A stretch of DNA of 64,000 bases from a virus (Duplodnaviria; Heunggongvirae; Uroviricota; Caudoviricetes), in the IMG/VR virus record IMGVR_UViG_3300032156_000002, positions 9,023-73,022 of that record. One strand, given 5' to 3'. Below are positions 9,136 to 18,191 of the stretch, one piece after another. Every line of letters begins with the position of its first letter. Position 1 is the stretch's first letter. The notes beneath the pieces were generated by a model. It had not been told where the DNA came from, made no database searches, and saw nothing but the letters and a program-made list of their open reading frames with translations. The translations under genes and the position numbers were made by a program.

Positions 9136-9810
9136 TCAACATTCAGTCCACTCAGCCAGCACGGCGCGCCAAGTCACACGCGGGTCGTTTGGCTGAAGCA
9201 CGTGCTCTCTCGTGAACTCCTCGATGACCGGCTCTCCGGCCTTCTGCCACGGGCACAGTCGCATGCCATGGATGGCCGGGTGTTTATCAATCCGCCCGTC
9301 CTTGTCGAGCGTGCCGCCCTCGAAGTGGGTGATGACCATGCGATACACGTCCATGCCCTGCCACACGCCAAGGAACTCCTCGACCGCGAGCACATCGTCA
9401 GGCTTGAGGCTCCACAGGACCTCGGCGATAAGGTTGTCGGCAATACCCCGGAGGGCTTCAGCCATCTCGGTCTCCTGCTGGGCGTTGTCCTTAGCCGATT
9501 TCGCTTCGGCCTCGTATTCCCCCACCCTATCGAGTATCCGGCGCACTCGTGCCAGTCTCGGGTCAACAGCCGCGTCAGTCATTTTGGCCTCCTGATTGAC
9601 GCGCCTCCAAAAGCCCCATCTGTCCGAGTCCAAGTCATCCGACACGGTGACTCGGTCTGCTCTCCACAGCGTATTGAGTGCCTGCGAAACCGCCGCCCGC
9701 TGGCCCTTGTTGGGGCATGACACACCGTAGTGGGCGCAGGCGAGGTCAACGATTGTCACTTCGCCCTTGAGCGGGATGAGTGCCATGATGGCTGTCTGAA
9801 ACTTGGTCAT
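9136..9810 (-). CDS. Hypothetical protein, 224 aa.
   Basis: ORF track. Confidence 0.5.
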   Translation of the reverse strand: MTKFQTAIMALIPLKGEVTIVDLACAHYGVSCPNKGQRAAVSQALNTLWRADRVTVSDDLDSDRWGFWRRVNQEAKMTDAAVDPRLARVRRILDRVGEYEAEAKSAKDNAQQETEMAEALRGIADNLIAEVLWSLKPDDVLAVEEFLGVWQGMDVYRMVITHFEGGTLDKDGRIDKHPAIHGMRLCPWQKAGEPVIEEFTREHVLQPNDPRVTWRAVLAEWTEC

Positions 9811-10409
9811 TGGGGTTTCTTCCCTTCCGTCGCACGCTTCAGGTCGGCGGCCTGATGCTGGGCGCGCAAGACCTCGTGCTCGTTGATGTCCTCGATAGAC
9901 ACGTCACCTTGGGCGATGCGGGCGATGAAACTCTCGCCCATGTCCACGCCATTTATGTAGGCCGAGGACACAATCCCCTGAATGGCGTTCACCAAGGCGT
10001 TGAGTTCTGCGGCCAACGTGCGCGGCAAAACCCACTCCCGGTAGTAGGGCGTGTCGCCGTAGCGACTGTCATGGTCAACCCTTACCTTTTCGACGCCCGG
10101 AACATCCCACGTCGGCTCGTGGTCCGTCCGGCTCCCGCCAATGGCCCGGAGTAAAGCCTCGAAGGCGCGCGACAATTCCTTTTCGCTATCGCGCCGGTCG
10201 AGAGTACCGGCCTTCTGATGGGCGAAGGAATAGTCCAAGTCGGCAATCCACGTCACGACCGGGCCGGTCTCTGCCTTTTTTTCGCGTACCCGGTGGCCTA
10301 CGTCCGCGTCGTGCACGCATGGGCCGCAGACCGCCGACCGAGTGCGAGTTGGCTTGCCGCAGATGACGCACGGCACATCCTTGCGTCGGCGGGTGCTAAT
10401 GTCAGTCAT
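9807..10409 (-). CDS. Hypothetical protein, 200 aa, with an N-terminal CxxC...CxxC.
   Basis: ORF track. Confidence 0.5.
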   Translation of the reverse strand: MTDISTRRRKDVPCVICGKPTRTRSAVCGPCVHDADVGHRVREKKAETGPVVTWIADLDYSFAHQKAGTLDRRDSEKELSRAFEALLRAIGGSRTDHEPTWDVPGVEKVRVDHDSRYGDTPYYREWVLPRTLAAELNALVNAIQGIVSSAYINGVDMGESFIARIAQGDVSIEDINEHEVLRAQHQAADLKRATEGKKPQ

Positions 10410-10451
10410 TTCGGGTCCGCTCTCTTTAGGATTTTCATTGCGTCAGCCTCC

Positions 10452-10919
10452 CTATATCCAGCGATGGCGCAGGGCGTACCCGCCGTCCCTGTGCCAGTGT
10501 GTATTCACAAGGCGCTGGGTGCCGTCCTTGTCGGAAACCACGCCCTCACGCCAGCGGTTGGGCCTGAAGTCGCGGTCGCCGTTGGTGTGGTCGTTACTCG
10601 GACAGTTCTCTCCGATGCACCCAAAGCCATCCGGATAGAGCGCGCCCGCCAACCGGTAGACCGTCTCAAAGCCCATGTCCATACCGCACCCGCGCATTTT
10701 CACTCCCCAGCGGTCGCGGTCGAAGGACTCGCCGAGCGCCGTGGCGACCAAGAATGCCAGCCCGTAAGGCTCGCCGTCGCCAAACACGAGCGCGTCAATT
10801 ACCCGACTCGTGCCACTGCGCGACACGTGACGCAGAATTGTGTATACAGTGTCGCCCACCTTCACGACCTCTTGCAGTTTCTCAATCGCTTTCCTGCGCG
10901 CAATCTCTTGGGCGTTCAT
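10452..10919 (-). CDS. Hypothetical protein, 155 aa.
   Basis: ORF track. Confidence 0.5.
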   Translation of the reverse strand: MNAQEIARRKAIEKLQEVVKVGDTVYTILRHVSRSGTSRVIDALVFGDGEPYGLAFLVATALGESFDRDRWGVKMRGCGMDMGFETVYRLAGALYPDGFGCIGENCPSNDHTNGDRDFRPNRWREGVVSDKDGTQRLVNTHWHRDGGYALRHRWI

Positions 10920-10957
10920 GGTATCCCTCCTGCGGGAACCGAACTGCCGTCAACGGG

Positions 10958-11113
10958 TCAGGCTTGCCAAATCATGCGTGCCATCTCAACGCCATTCACG
11001 TCCTCGATGTGCATTGTCACCCAGCCCCGCTCGACCAACACCTCCCACTCGTGGCTGTGATACTCGACCCACTGAACCTTTGTCACCCGAACGGACCGGA
11101 CGTAGTTAGCCAT
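10958..11113 (-). CDS. Hypothetical small protein with a probable start at MANYVRSV.
   Basis: Strong AAGGAGG RBS upstream of the internal Met of ORF 10958..11173. Confidence 0.4.
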   Translation of the reverse strand: MANYVRSVRVTKVQWVEYHSHEWEVLVERGWVTMHIEDVNGVEMARMIWQA

Positions 11114-11354
11114 TGGTCGCCTCCTTGGGGTTGCACCCCTCGCACGGGAACTTCGCCTCGGGATTCGCGGCATGCCAGAAGGCGTGGCCGAGATGCCCGG
11201 CCTGCGGCTCGCGCGCGAATGCCTTGCGGAGCAGGTCCAGATACTTGCCGGTGATGTAGACCTGAATGTGACGCCCCTTGTCTGTGTTGCCTTCCGCCGA
11301 AATCATCTCGGTCGGGGTCACGGTCACGTACTCGGCGGTTGCGTATTGACTCAT
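11106..11354 (-). CDS. Hypothetical 82 aa protein.
   Basis: ORF track. Confidence 0.4.
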   Translation of the reverse strand: MSQYATAEYVTVTPTEMISAEGNTDKGRHIQVYITGKYLDLLRKAFAREPQAGHLGHAFWHAANPEAKFPCEGCNPKEATNG

Positions 11355-11869
11355 ATTGGCCTCACTCTCTCAAGGTTGTGCCAGTCCCCGTTGCGGTCGC
11401 GCCACTGGGCGCGTATGACGCAAAGTTGGGTCACGTTGCGCCACCCGCGATGCCCGCGTACCTTGCGGGCCACCTGCCGGGCGGCGTCCAAAAGCGACGT
11501 GGCCTCGACCGGGTAGTAGCCCATGAGGCTCTTGACTTTGCCGTAGTCGTGGGCGTCATTGCGGGTGCCGACCGCCACGTACTGGACATGGAACTCGCAG
11601 GTCGGCGCATTGCGCATCAGGGCGGCGCACGGCTCACAGAAGTTGTCGGGGGCCTTCATAGACAGGCGCGCCTTGGGGATGCTCGGCTCGCCCACGAGCG
11701 TGCCGTGCGTGTCGCAGACCACCGCGTATTTCTCGCCCACGTCCAAGTCCTGCGCGGCGGCCACATAGATGACCACCTTGCCCGCAGTAAACGGATTGCG
11801 GCGCTCTGCGATGTAACCCGGTTCGGTGCTGTGTTGCTTGCGTGGATGAAGCGGGTCCTTGGGTTGCAT
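11351..11869 (-). CDS. Hypothetical protein with a start at the internal MQPKDPL.
   Basis: ORF 11351..11962. The upstream 31 codons are Arg-rich and overlap the next gene. Confidence 0.45.
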   Translation of the reverse strand: MQPKDPLHPRKQHSTEPGYIAERRNPFTAGKVVIYVAAAQDLDVGEKYAVVCDTHGTLVGEPSIPKARLSMKAPDNFCEPCAALMRNAPTCEFHVQYVAVGTRNDAHDYGKVKSLMGYYPVEATSLLDAARQVARKVRGHRGWRNVTQLCVIRAQWRDRNGDWHNLERVRPI

Positions 11870-12180
11870 CAGAGCACCTCTGCCTTGCTCGCCGTCACAT
11901 GACAGAGCGGGCAGTCCGGGTGCGCGGCGGCGTCGTCGTGCCACTCGTGATTGTCGGAGCATTGCTCGGTGCGCCCCTCGTGCTTGCAGGCATTGCCGCC
12001 GCAGAACATTCCGGTGTCGCCCATGTGCATGATGGGGGCTTCGTTGTCATCGGTGTCCGGCATCTCGCCCGACTCGAATAAGTACGTGACCGCGGCGAGC
12101 GTCCGGCGGCATTCGGGGCATAGGTCGGCATAGGTCTCGGGGGCAAGAAACTTGCGTGTAGTGCTCGGGGTATTCGTCAT
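11869..12180 (-). CDS. Cys/His-rich small protein with a start at MTNTPSTT.
   Basis: ORF 11869..12231 would overlap the promoter, so the internal Met with its RBS was chosen. CPECRR...CGGNACKHE...CPLCH. Confidence 0.45.
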   Translation of the reverse strand: MTNTPSTTRKFLAPETYADLCPECRRTLAAVTYLFESGEMPDTDDNEAPIMHMGDTGMFCGGNACKHEGRTEQCSDNHEWHDDAAAHPDCPLCHVTASKAEVL

Positions 12181-12232
12181 GGAGGTCTCCCATCGGAACG
12201 CCTGTCGGCGGGCGGTGCGTGCTTCCTTCATC

Positions 12233-12264
12233 TAATATACCGCGTGCGGAACAGTTTGTCAAGC
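12233..12264 (-). promoter_or_regulatory. Conserved promoter, family copy 3, firing leftward.
   Basis: Reverse complement reads gcTTGACAaactgttccgcacgcGGTATATTag. Confidence 0.5.
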
Positions 12265-12398
12265 CTAAGTTTCGACTTCGGAGGGCGAGTGACTTCGGCC
12301 TTGGTGCCTCGCGGACTGCCTCGGGTTGCGCAATCCCTTTGGCTTCCTGTCCCCTACGGGCCAAGCGCGCGAGTTGCGCCGCTCGCCCTCCACGCTCT

Positions 12399-12428
12399 TA
12401 TTATACCACGTGCGGAACACTTGTCAAG
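12399..12428 (-). promoter_or_regulatory. Conserved promoter, family copy 4, firing leftward, in tandem with copy 3.
   Basis: Reverse complement reads cgcTTGACAagtgttccgcacgTGGTATAATaag. Confidence 0.5.
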
Positions 12429-12624
12429 CGTCAATTGCCGGGCCGCCCGCCCATACGTCGGCGCTCGCCACAGGCCCGGCGGGGGGTCCACTCGGCGCAC
12501 TTTTGCCCATCTTGCCCTGTGCGCCCCGCTCCGGCCCGGCCCGTGCCCTTCTCTGGCACACTGGGGCGCTCCTGTCCGCCCCCCAAAAGACCCAAGTTTG
12601 ACCCAAGCGCCTCCCTGCGCGCAG

Positions 12625-12660
12625 TGTCGCTACACCTGTCGCTACACCTGTCGCGACAGA
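12625..12660. repeat. Tandem 12 bp direct repeat TGTCGCTACACC, 2.5 copies, a possible regulator-binding site in the divergent control region.
   Basis: tgtcgctacacctgtcgctacacctgtcgcgacag. Confidence 0.5.
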
Positions 12661-12714
12661 CTGGAATGCGCCGGTGCTTATTCAAGCCTCGGGCCTTTCG
12701 CTGGAATATGGCGA

Positions 12715-12746
12715 TTCTTATTCATCGTTCCGCTTGTGGTAGAATA
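12715..12746 (+). promoter_or_regulatory. Rightward promoter of the gmd operon, a degenerate member of the conserved family.
   Basis: ttattcatcgttccgcttgTGGTAGAAT with an extended -10. Its spacer resembles that of the other family copies. Confidence 0.35.
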
Positions 12747-12752
12747 GGGGCC

Positions 12753-15035
12753 ATGACCACTCTGCCCCTGCCACTGGACACGCCGGACCCGCGGCCCGAG
12801 CCGCCCGAGCAATGGAGTCAATCGTCGTGGGATGGCACGTTGCCAGACCGGCCAGCGCCCGCGCTGTCGCCCTACGGCGACTTGCCGAGCGACGGGGATA
12901 TTCAATCGGGCAAGGTGGTCCGCCGCGCGCTCATCACGGGCATTACTGGGCAGGACGGCTCGTATCTGGCGGAGCAACTCGTGGCTCGCGGCTACTTTGT
13001 GTACGGCCTCGTTCGCCGCACGTCACATCCCAACTACGAAAACCTGCGCGGCATTCTCACTAACCCCGACCCTTTCGTTCGCGGCCGCCTCACGCTCATT
13101 GCGGGTGATGTGACCGACCCGGCCAGCGTAAGCGGGGCGATGTGTGCCGTCCTTCCGCATGAGGTCTACAACCTTGCGGCCATGTCGTTCGTGGGCGCGT
13201 CGTGGGCGCAAGCCCGGCTCACGTTCGACGTGAACGCCATAGGCTTTCTCAATATCCTCGAGGCGGCCAAGGCGCAGATGGAGCGAGCGCGCAGGCAGGA
13301 CTATCTCAGCCTTACGGCTATCATTCCTGACCCGCGCGTGTATCAGGCCAGCACCTCCGAGATGTTCGGAAAGACAGCGCCGCCTCAGAACGAGGACAGT
13401 CGCCTCAGCCCGCGCAGTCCCTACGGCATCGCCAAACTCGCGGCGCACATGCTGGCGCGTGTCTACCGCGAGTCGTATGGGCTGTATGTCGCGAGTGGGA
13501 TACTTTTCAACCACGAATGTATCTCCGCCAAGACGCCTCTACTCATTCGCCAAGGGGGCACAATTCGGGCGGTCACGCCGTATGACCTTGTGCCCATCAA
13601 GGACAAGAGCAAGGGCAAAGCGAAACAGACATGGGCGTTGGCCGACACGCAAATTTGGGACGGCGACCAATGGGCCGACTTGCGGCACATCACCGCGACG
13701 GCATTGCGCACAGAGGACGCCAGCCACAGAATGCTTGAAGTGAATGCGCGTGGCGGAACAGTTGACGTGACGGCGAGTCATAACATGCTTGACGCCGAGG
13801 GCAATAAGATGCCCGCAGGGGCGATTCGGCACGGAACGCCTATGCCGCGCTTGCTACTTGCTACCCATTGGCCAACACCTTCGGGATGGGCGCGTGTCTC
13901 AGATGAACTAGCGGCATTCCTTGGGTACATGGTTGCCGATGGCTACATCGAGCGAGATGGCAACAAGATTCAGTATACGAAGAACGCCCGCTCTATGCGT
14001 GGGGAGGTGGCTGATTTATGGCATCGACTCTTCGGAGGGACATCGCGTGAGTGGGAGGGGAAATCCGGCTTCTCGACCGGCGGCCCGGTGACACAACTTG
14101 CTTTGACTGGCGTACCCGCCGTGGCCGCTTGGCTACGGGAAATGCTCTACTCTGGCGACCTCAAACAGGTGCCTCCGCTCATTCTGAATGCGACCGCAAG
14201 CGCACGACGTGCATTCCTTGACGCCTATTACGCAGGCGACGGCCTCAAGGCTGGCAACGGATTGTCATTCAAGACGAATAGCCCCGTACTTGCTCTTGGC
14301 CTTATCTACCTCTATGGACTTGAGGGCAATCGCGCATCGGTCTATGTCGAGCACCGCGAGGGCAAACGCTACTACGCCGTCAACCTCCGGTCCAACGACG
14401 CCATCGGCGAAAAAGGACAACATCTCGCGAAAGACCCGGCCGAGGTCATGTCTATCGGCGACGGCGAGCCGACGAACTGGGTATTTGACCTCGAGACATC
14501 CACGGGCAAGTTCATGGCGGGGGTGGGACGGATTGTTGTGGCAAACAGTCCTCGCCGCGGCCTTGAGTTCGTGACCCGCAAGATTGCGCGAGCGATTGCA
14601 CGAATCCAAGCGGGCCGCGAGCGCACCGTCGAACTGGGGGATACATCGGCCCAGCGCGACTGGGGATACGCGCCCGAATACACGGAGGCCATGCGGCTCA
14701 TTCTGCGCCACCGCCTGCCCGAAGATTTCGTCATCGGCACCGGCCAGACCCACAGCGTGCGCGAGTTCACCATCGCGGCTTTTTCCGAGGTGGGCTGTCG
14801 CGACCCGTGGCCCTACGTGATGACGCGCGGAACGCTTATGCGCCCCGCCGAGATTCCTGTGCTTCGTGCGGATTGTCAAAAGGCGAAGCGATTGCTTGGG
14901 TGGTCGCCGCACATCCTCATGCCAGACCTTGCGGCGCTCATGGTTCGCGCCGAGATGGACGCGCTCAATGCGCAACCGTTGGACCCGTTGCGTGTTGAAC
15001 TGACCGAATCAAAGAATCTCCCGCCCATTCAGTAG
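12753..15035 (+). CDS. gmd: GDP-mannose 4,6-dehydratase interrupted by an intein. There is a roughly 50 aa N-terminal extension; a GTG start nearer ITGITGQDG is also possible.
   Basis: ITGITGQDGSYLAEQL, GDVTD, YGIAKLAAH (the YxxxK SDR motif), LFNHE|C...VVAN|SPRRGLEFVTRKI and RDWGYAPEYTEAMRL are classic GMD blocks. Confidence 0.85.
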   Translation: MTTLPLPLDTPDPRPEPPEQWSQSSWDGTLPDRPAPALSPYGDLPSDGDIQSGKVVRRALITGITGQDGSYLAEQLVARGYFVYGLVRRTSHPNYENLRGILTNPDPFVRGRLTLIAGDVTDPASVSGAMCAVLPHEVYNLAAMSFVGASWAQARLTFDVNAIGFLNILEAAKAQMERARRQDYLSLTAIIPDPRVYQASTSEMFGKTAPPQNEDSRLSPRSPYGIAKLAAHMLARVYRESYGLYVASGILFNHECISAKTPLLIRQGGTIRAVTPYDLVPIKDKSKGKAKQTWALADTQIWDGDQWADLRHITATALRTEDASHRMLEVNARGGTVDVTASHNMLDAEGNKMPAGAIRHGTPMPRLLLATHWPTPSGWARVSDELAAFLGYMVADGYIERDGNKIQYTKNARSMRGEVADLWHRLFGGTSREWEGKSGFSTGGPVTQLALTGVPAVAAWLREMLYSGDLKQVPPLILNATASARRAFLDAYYAGDGLKAGNGLSFKTNSPVLALGLIYLYGLEGNRASVYVEHREGKRYYAVNLRSNDAIGEKGQHLAKDPAEVMSIGDGEPTNWVFDLETSTGKFMAGVGRIVVANSPRRGLEFVTRKIARAIARIQAGRERTVELGDTSAQRDWGYAPEYTEAMRLILRHRLPEDFVIGTGQTHSVREFTIAAFSEVGCRDPWPYVMTRGTLMRPAEIPVLRADCQKAKRLLGWSPHILMPDLAALMVRAEMDALNAQPLDPLRVELTESKNLPPIQ
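13518..14546 (+). mobile_element. Intein of 343 aa with a LAGLIDADG homing-endonuclease domain, inserted in the gmd NHE/SPRRG active-site region.
   Basis: Begins with Cys right after LFNHE and ends in ...VVAN followed by Ser+1. Two LAGLIDADG-like motifs, LAAFLGYMVADGYIERDG and FLDAYYAGDGLKAGNG. The extein junction reconstitutes the canonical NHESPRRGE. Confidence 0.8.
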
Positions 15036-15079
15036 TCCGGCGCACGGACCCAACCGCGCCCGGCCAATCGAGAGGACCC

Positions 15080-15820
15080 ATGGACATTATCTTTCGCACT
15101 CTGCAAGGTGGCCGCCGCACCGCCGTGACGGTAGGCGGCATGCTCTGTGGCGTGGCCATACGCGGTCGGAAAGACTCGCCCAACCTGCTACTGGGCATAG
15201 CCGTTGCGATTTTCAAGGCGCGCCCCCACGGCTTTGATTCGTACACCAACCAACTCATTGATGACGAGCGCCCGCCCGTCCACCGGGCAACCCTGAGCGA
15301 GACGGGCATTGGATTCCTGATTCAACTCTGGCATCAATACCATATGGAGTTGATGGCGCAGAATCGCGCCGCGGACGAGGGCGTACACCGGCTCCTGACG
15401 GCCACCGCCCGCCTCGCGAAACTCAAGCAGAATGGGGACTGCGTTTGTGAGGCGTGTCTCGCGCAGGCTCGGGATGAAACCTCGGATGCTATGGAGATTC
15501 TCAATGCTCCTAAGCCCGGCATGACCCTGAGCGAAAAGTACGCGCGCCGCTGGTTGCGCATTACCCCTATCATCGCGTTGGACGGGCAGGCCGACGTATC
15601 CTTCTGGATGGACCGCATGGCTTTGATGCGTGGCGAACCGGACCCGGTGCATGGCGTGCGCGGCATTGCGATGGCGGCGACGAAGGCCCCCGGCATGCTG
15701 ATTTTGGATGACCCGCTCACGGCTACCGGTATTGCGGAAGGGAAGCAACCGGACACACCGCTCACGGTCGCAGAGGTAAGCGGCTACGAAGGAATAATCA
15801 ATCTCGCGGCTGAAGCATAG
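15080..15820 (+). CDS. Hypothetical protein, 246 aa.
   Basis: ORF track. Confidence 0.5.
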   Translation: MDIIFRTLQGGRRTAVTVGGMLCGVAIRGRKDSPNLLLGIAVAIFKARPHGFDSYTNQLIDDERPPVHRATLSETGIGFLIQLWHQYHMELMAQNRAADEGVHRLLTATARLAKLKQNGDCVCEACLAQARDETSDAMEILNAPKPGMTLSEKYARRWLRITPIIALDGQADVSFWMDRMALMRGEPDPVHGVRGIAMAATKAPGMLILDDPLTATGIAEGKQPDTPLTVAEVSGYEGIINLAAEA

Positions 15821-15828
15821 GAGCGCCC

Positions 15829-16584
15829 TTGAAAGTCTCCGTCATACTCACGCTGTACGGGCGCGAGGTTGCCAGCCGCCGGGCGCTCGCGTGCCTGTTG
15901 CGCCAGACGCACCCGCCCGAGCAGATTGTCATTGTGGATGACGAGAATGGGGGTTGGGCTGAGGCCGAGGTCGCCAAGGACCCGCGCCTGCTCTACTTCC
16001 CGTTCAGGCCAAGGGGCGGAGCGTGGCGCGCGTGCAACCTCGCGGTCAATGCCGCATGGCCCAGTGTCACGGGCGATTACATCATTCTCACTTGTGGCGA
16101 TATGCTTGTGCCGACGTTCGCCGTCGAGCGCCATCTTGCCGCGCAGGTGGGCGACTTGCGCACGACGCCCACCGTCTACGGACTGGACGAAAACACAACG
16201 ATGCGGCTGGGCGTGCCCGCGGAGGACGAGCAGGGGCACTGGGCCTTGCCGGATTATCAAGACTGGGTAGACCACGAAAAGTTCAACAACCTGCCGGGCT
16301 TCTGGCAGTGGCCGAGCATATCAACCGCGCCGAACGAGGGTGTACTCAAGGCGGACGGGATTTGGTATGCGTCGGCAAAGGCGTGGCGGCATCACGTGTG
16401 GTTCAGCGGCAACACGCGCGCCGGGTGGGAGTTCTTTGGCCCGCCCCTGATTCCAAGCGACGACCTCGGCGCAGACGAACTGGGCATGCACAAGAACGAA
16501 TGTGGCTATCCCGGCGGACGCCGCCCGCTCACCGACTGCGGGTACGCCATCTATCACCAGTTCCACATACCGGGTGGCCGATGA
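15829..16584 (+). CDS. GT-A fold (GT2-like) glycosyltransferase, paralog 1 of 4, with a TTG start.
   Basis: KVSVILTLYGRE...LLRQTHPPEQIVIVDDENGG resembles the GT2 N-terminal signature. Shares WxGNTREGWE and YHQWH motifs with paralogs 2-4. Confidence 0.55.
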   Translation: MKVSVILTLYGREVASRRALACLLRQTHPPEQIVIVDDENGGWAEAEVAKDPRLLYFPFRPRGGAWRACNLAVNAAWPSVTGDYIILTCGDMLVPTFAVERHLAAQVGDLRTTPTVYGLDENTTMRLGVPAEDEQGHWALPDYQDWVDHEKFNNLPGFWQWPSISTAPNEGVLKADGIWYASAKAWRHHVWFSGNTRAGWEFFGPPLIPSDDLGADELGMHKNECGYPGGRRPLTDCGYAIYHQFHIPGGR

Positions 16585-17366
16585 AAGTCAGCGTCGTCAT
16601 GGCCGCGCGCTACCGTGCGTCCTCGGGGCCGCGTTGCCTCAAAGCCGTGCTTACCCAGTCGCGTCCGCCAGACGAGATTATCATGGTCAACTGCGGCGAG
16701 AACGAATGGGCCGCCCACATCAACAGCCCGCTTGTCGCCGCGGGTGGCCACAAAGTCGCGTTCAAGTACGTGCGCTACCATCCCGCCTCGCCCACGGAAT
16801 ACGCATACACGCGCGGGGTCAACAAGGCGTGGAATCGATGCACTGGCGACTACGTGTTTATCACTCCAACCGATGCACTGGCTCCCTTTCACTGTATCGA
16901 GGCGTCGCTCGCGGTCCAGACAGGCATGCACCGCGTGTGCCATCTCGTGTATGGGCTGGATGAAGGGACCACAAGGCGTCTGGATGACCCGCTATTCCGG
17001 TGGCTGGGTACAGACTTCGAGATTTTCCATACCCTGTCCGGCTTCAGCACGTGGTGGAGGCGCGGCTGGCCGCCGCCCAACAACAGCCCCTTGCAATTGC
17101 AGTGGTGGGGCAACACAGTGTTCAGTTCTAACACGCGCGAGGGTTGGGAGCAATACTGGCCGGGGCAACCCTTCAGCGATGACACGGTTACGGGCAACGA
17201 CGAGATATGCCTGAATATGATGGAGCACGGGGTGGACGTGCCGGACCGTCCTATCAGCGCACCCACGTGGCGCGAGATTACCAAATGTCCAGTTCCGGTC
17301 TATCATCAATGGCACTTGACCCAAGCCGAGGAAGATGCGGCCCACGCTCGCAAGAGGAAAGCCTGA
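16581..17366 (+). CDS. GT-A fold glycosyltransferase, paralog 2.
   Basis: Real gene is in a different frame from the artefactual 447 aa ORF 16023..17366. MKVSVVMAARYRASSGPRCLKAVLTQSRPPDEIIMVNCGENEW. Confidence 0.6.
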   Translation: MKVSVVMAARYRASSGPRCLKAVLTQSRPPDEIIMVNCGENEWAAHINSPLVAAGGHKVAFKYVRYHPASPTEYAYTRGVNKAWNRCTGDYVFITPTDALAPFHCIEASLAVQTGMHRVCHLVYGLDEGTTRRLDDPLFRWLGTDFEIFHTLSGFSTWWRRGWPPPNNSPLQLQWWGNTVFSSNTREGWEQYWPGQPFSDDTVTGNDEICLNMMEHGVDVPDRPISAPTWREITKCPVPVYHQWHLTQAEEDAAHARKRKA

Positions 17367-17369
17367 CCC

Positions 17370-18188
17370 GTGAAGATTAGCGTTGTCATGGCCGCGCGCT
17401 ATCGCTCCGACCATGGCCCGCGCTGTCTCAAGAGCGTGCTGTGGCAGACGCGCCCGCCCCACGAGATTATCATGGTTGACTGCGGCGAGAACGAGTGGGC
17501 GGCGGATATTGGGCCGACAGTGCGAGCCTTGAACGGGTCCGAGGTTGAATTCAAGCGCCATCGTTATGCACCGGCAAGCGTATATGAGTACGCTTACACG
17601 CACGGGGTGAATGCGGCATGGCCGAGGTGCACAGGCGACTACATTTTCATCACGACAACCGACGCGCTCGCGCCTGTGCGTTGTATCGAGGCGTCAATCG
17701 CCATGCAGGTCGGCACGTCGCGCGTGTGTCATCTATGCTATGGGCTAAACCGCGCGACAACAAACCGGCTCGATGACCCCGCCTTCCGCTGGGCAGGAAC
17801 CGACATGCGCCTTTTTCATTCCCTGCCGGGATTCGAGGACTGGTGGAAAGAGGGGCCACGCTGGCCTCATCCGAACAACAGCGTAATCCAACAGGCGTAC
17901 TGGAACCACACCCTGTTCACGAGCAACACGCGCGAGGGCTGGCTCGATTCGCCAGAGTGGCCGGACCTGCCATTCCCTACCCCCGAGTTCATAGCCCGTG
18001 ATACATGGTTTCTGGCCGCCACGGACGAGCGGAGCATGGCCTACCTCGAGGAGAGCGACTCGCTAATCAGGAAGTCCGGCGTTGGGAAGCGTCCGGTCAC
18101 GAAGTGCCCCATTCCGGTCTATCATCAGTGGCATCTTGAGGTCAAAGACGAGAATCGTTTGCACGGCTGGGTCGGCCGGGAGACTTGA
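17370..18188 (+). CDS. GT-A fold glycosyltransferase, paralog 3, with a GTG start.
   Basis: MKISVVMAARYRSDHGPRCLKSVLWQTRPPHEIIMVDCGENEW, about 60% identical to paralog 2. Confidence 0.6.
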   Translation: MKISVVMAARYRSDHGPRCLKSVLWQTRPPHEIIMVDCGENEWAADIGPTVRALNGSEVEFKRHRYAPASVYEYAYTHGVNAAWPRCTGDYIFITTTDALAPVRCIEASIAMQVGTSRVCHLCYGLNRATTNRLDDPAFRWAGTDMRLFHSLPGFEDWWKEGPRWPHPNNSVIQQAYWNHTLFTSNTREGWLDSPEWPDLPFPTPEFIARDTWFLAATDERSMAYLEESDSLIRKSGVGKRPVTKCPIPVYHQWHLEVKDENRLHGWVGRET

Positions 18189-18191
18189 GAC

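Noticed and set aside
12219-12752. N-terminal 178 codons of ORF 12219..15035, and ORFs 12244..12747 and 12326..12601.
   Set aside because: They overlap the divergent promoter region and have junk composition. The Gmd homology begins only after the Met at 12753.
16023-17366. 447 aa ORF overlapping two glycosyltransferase genes in another frame.
   Set aside because: The product is Arg/Ala/Gly-rich with no motifs, which is typical of a high-GC off-frame artefact. The in-frame GT paralogs 15829..16584 and 16581..17366 are clearly the real genes.
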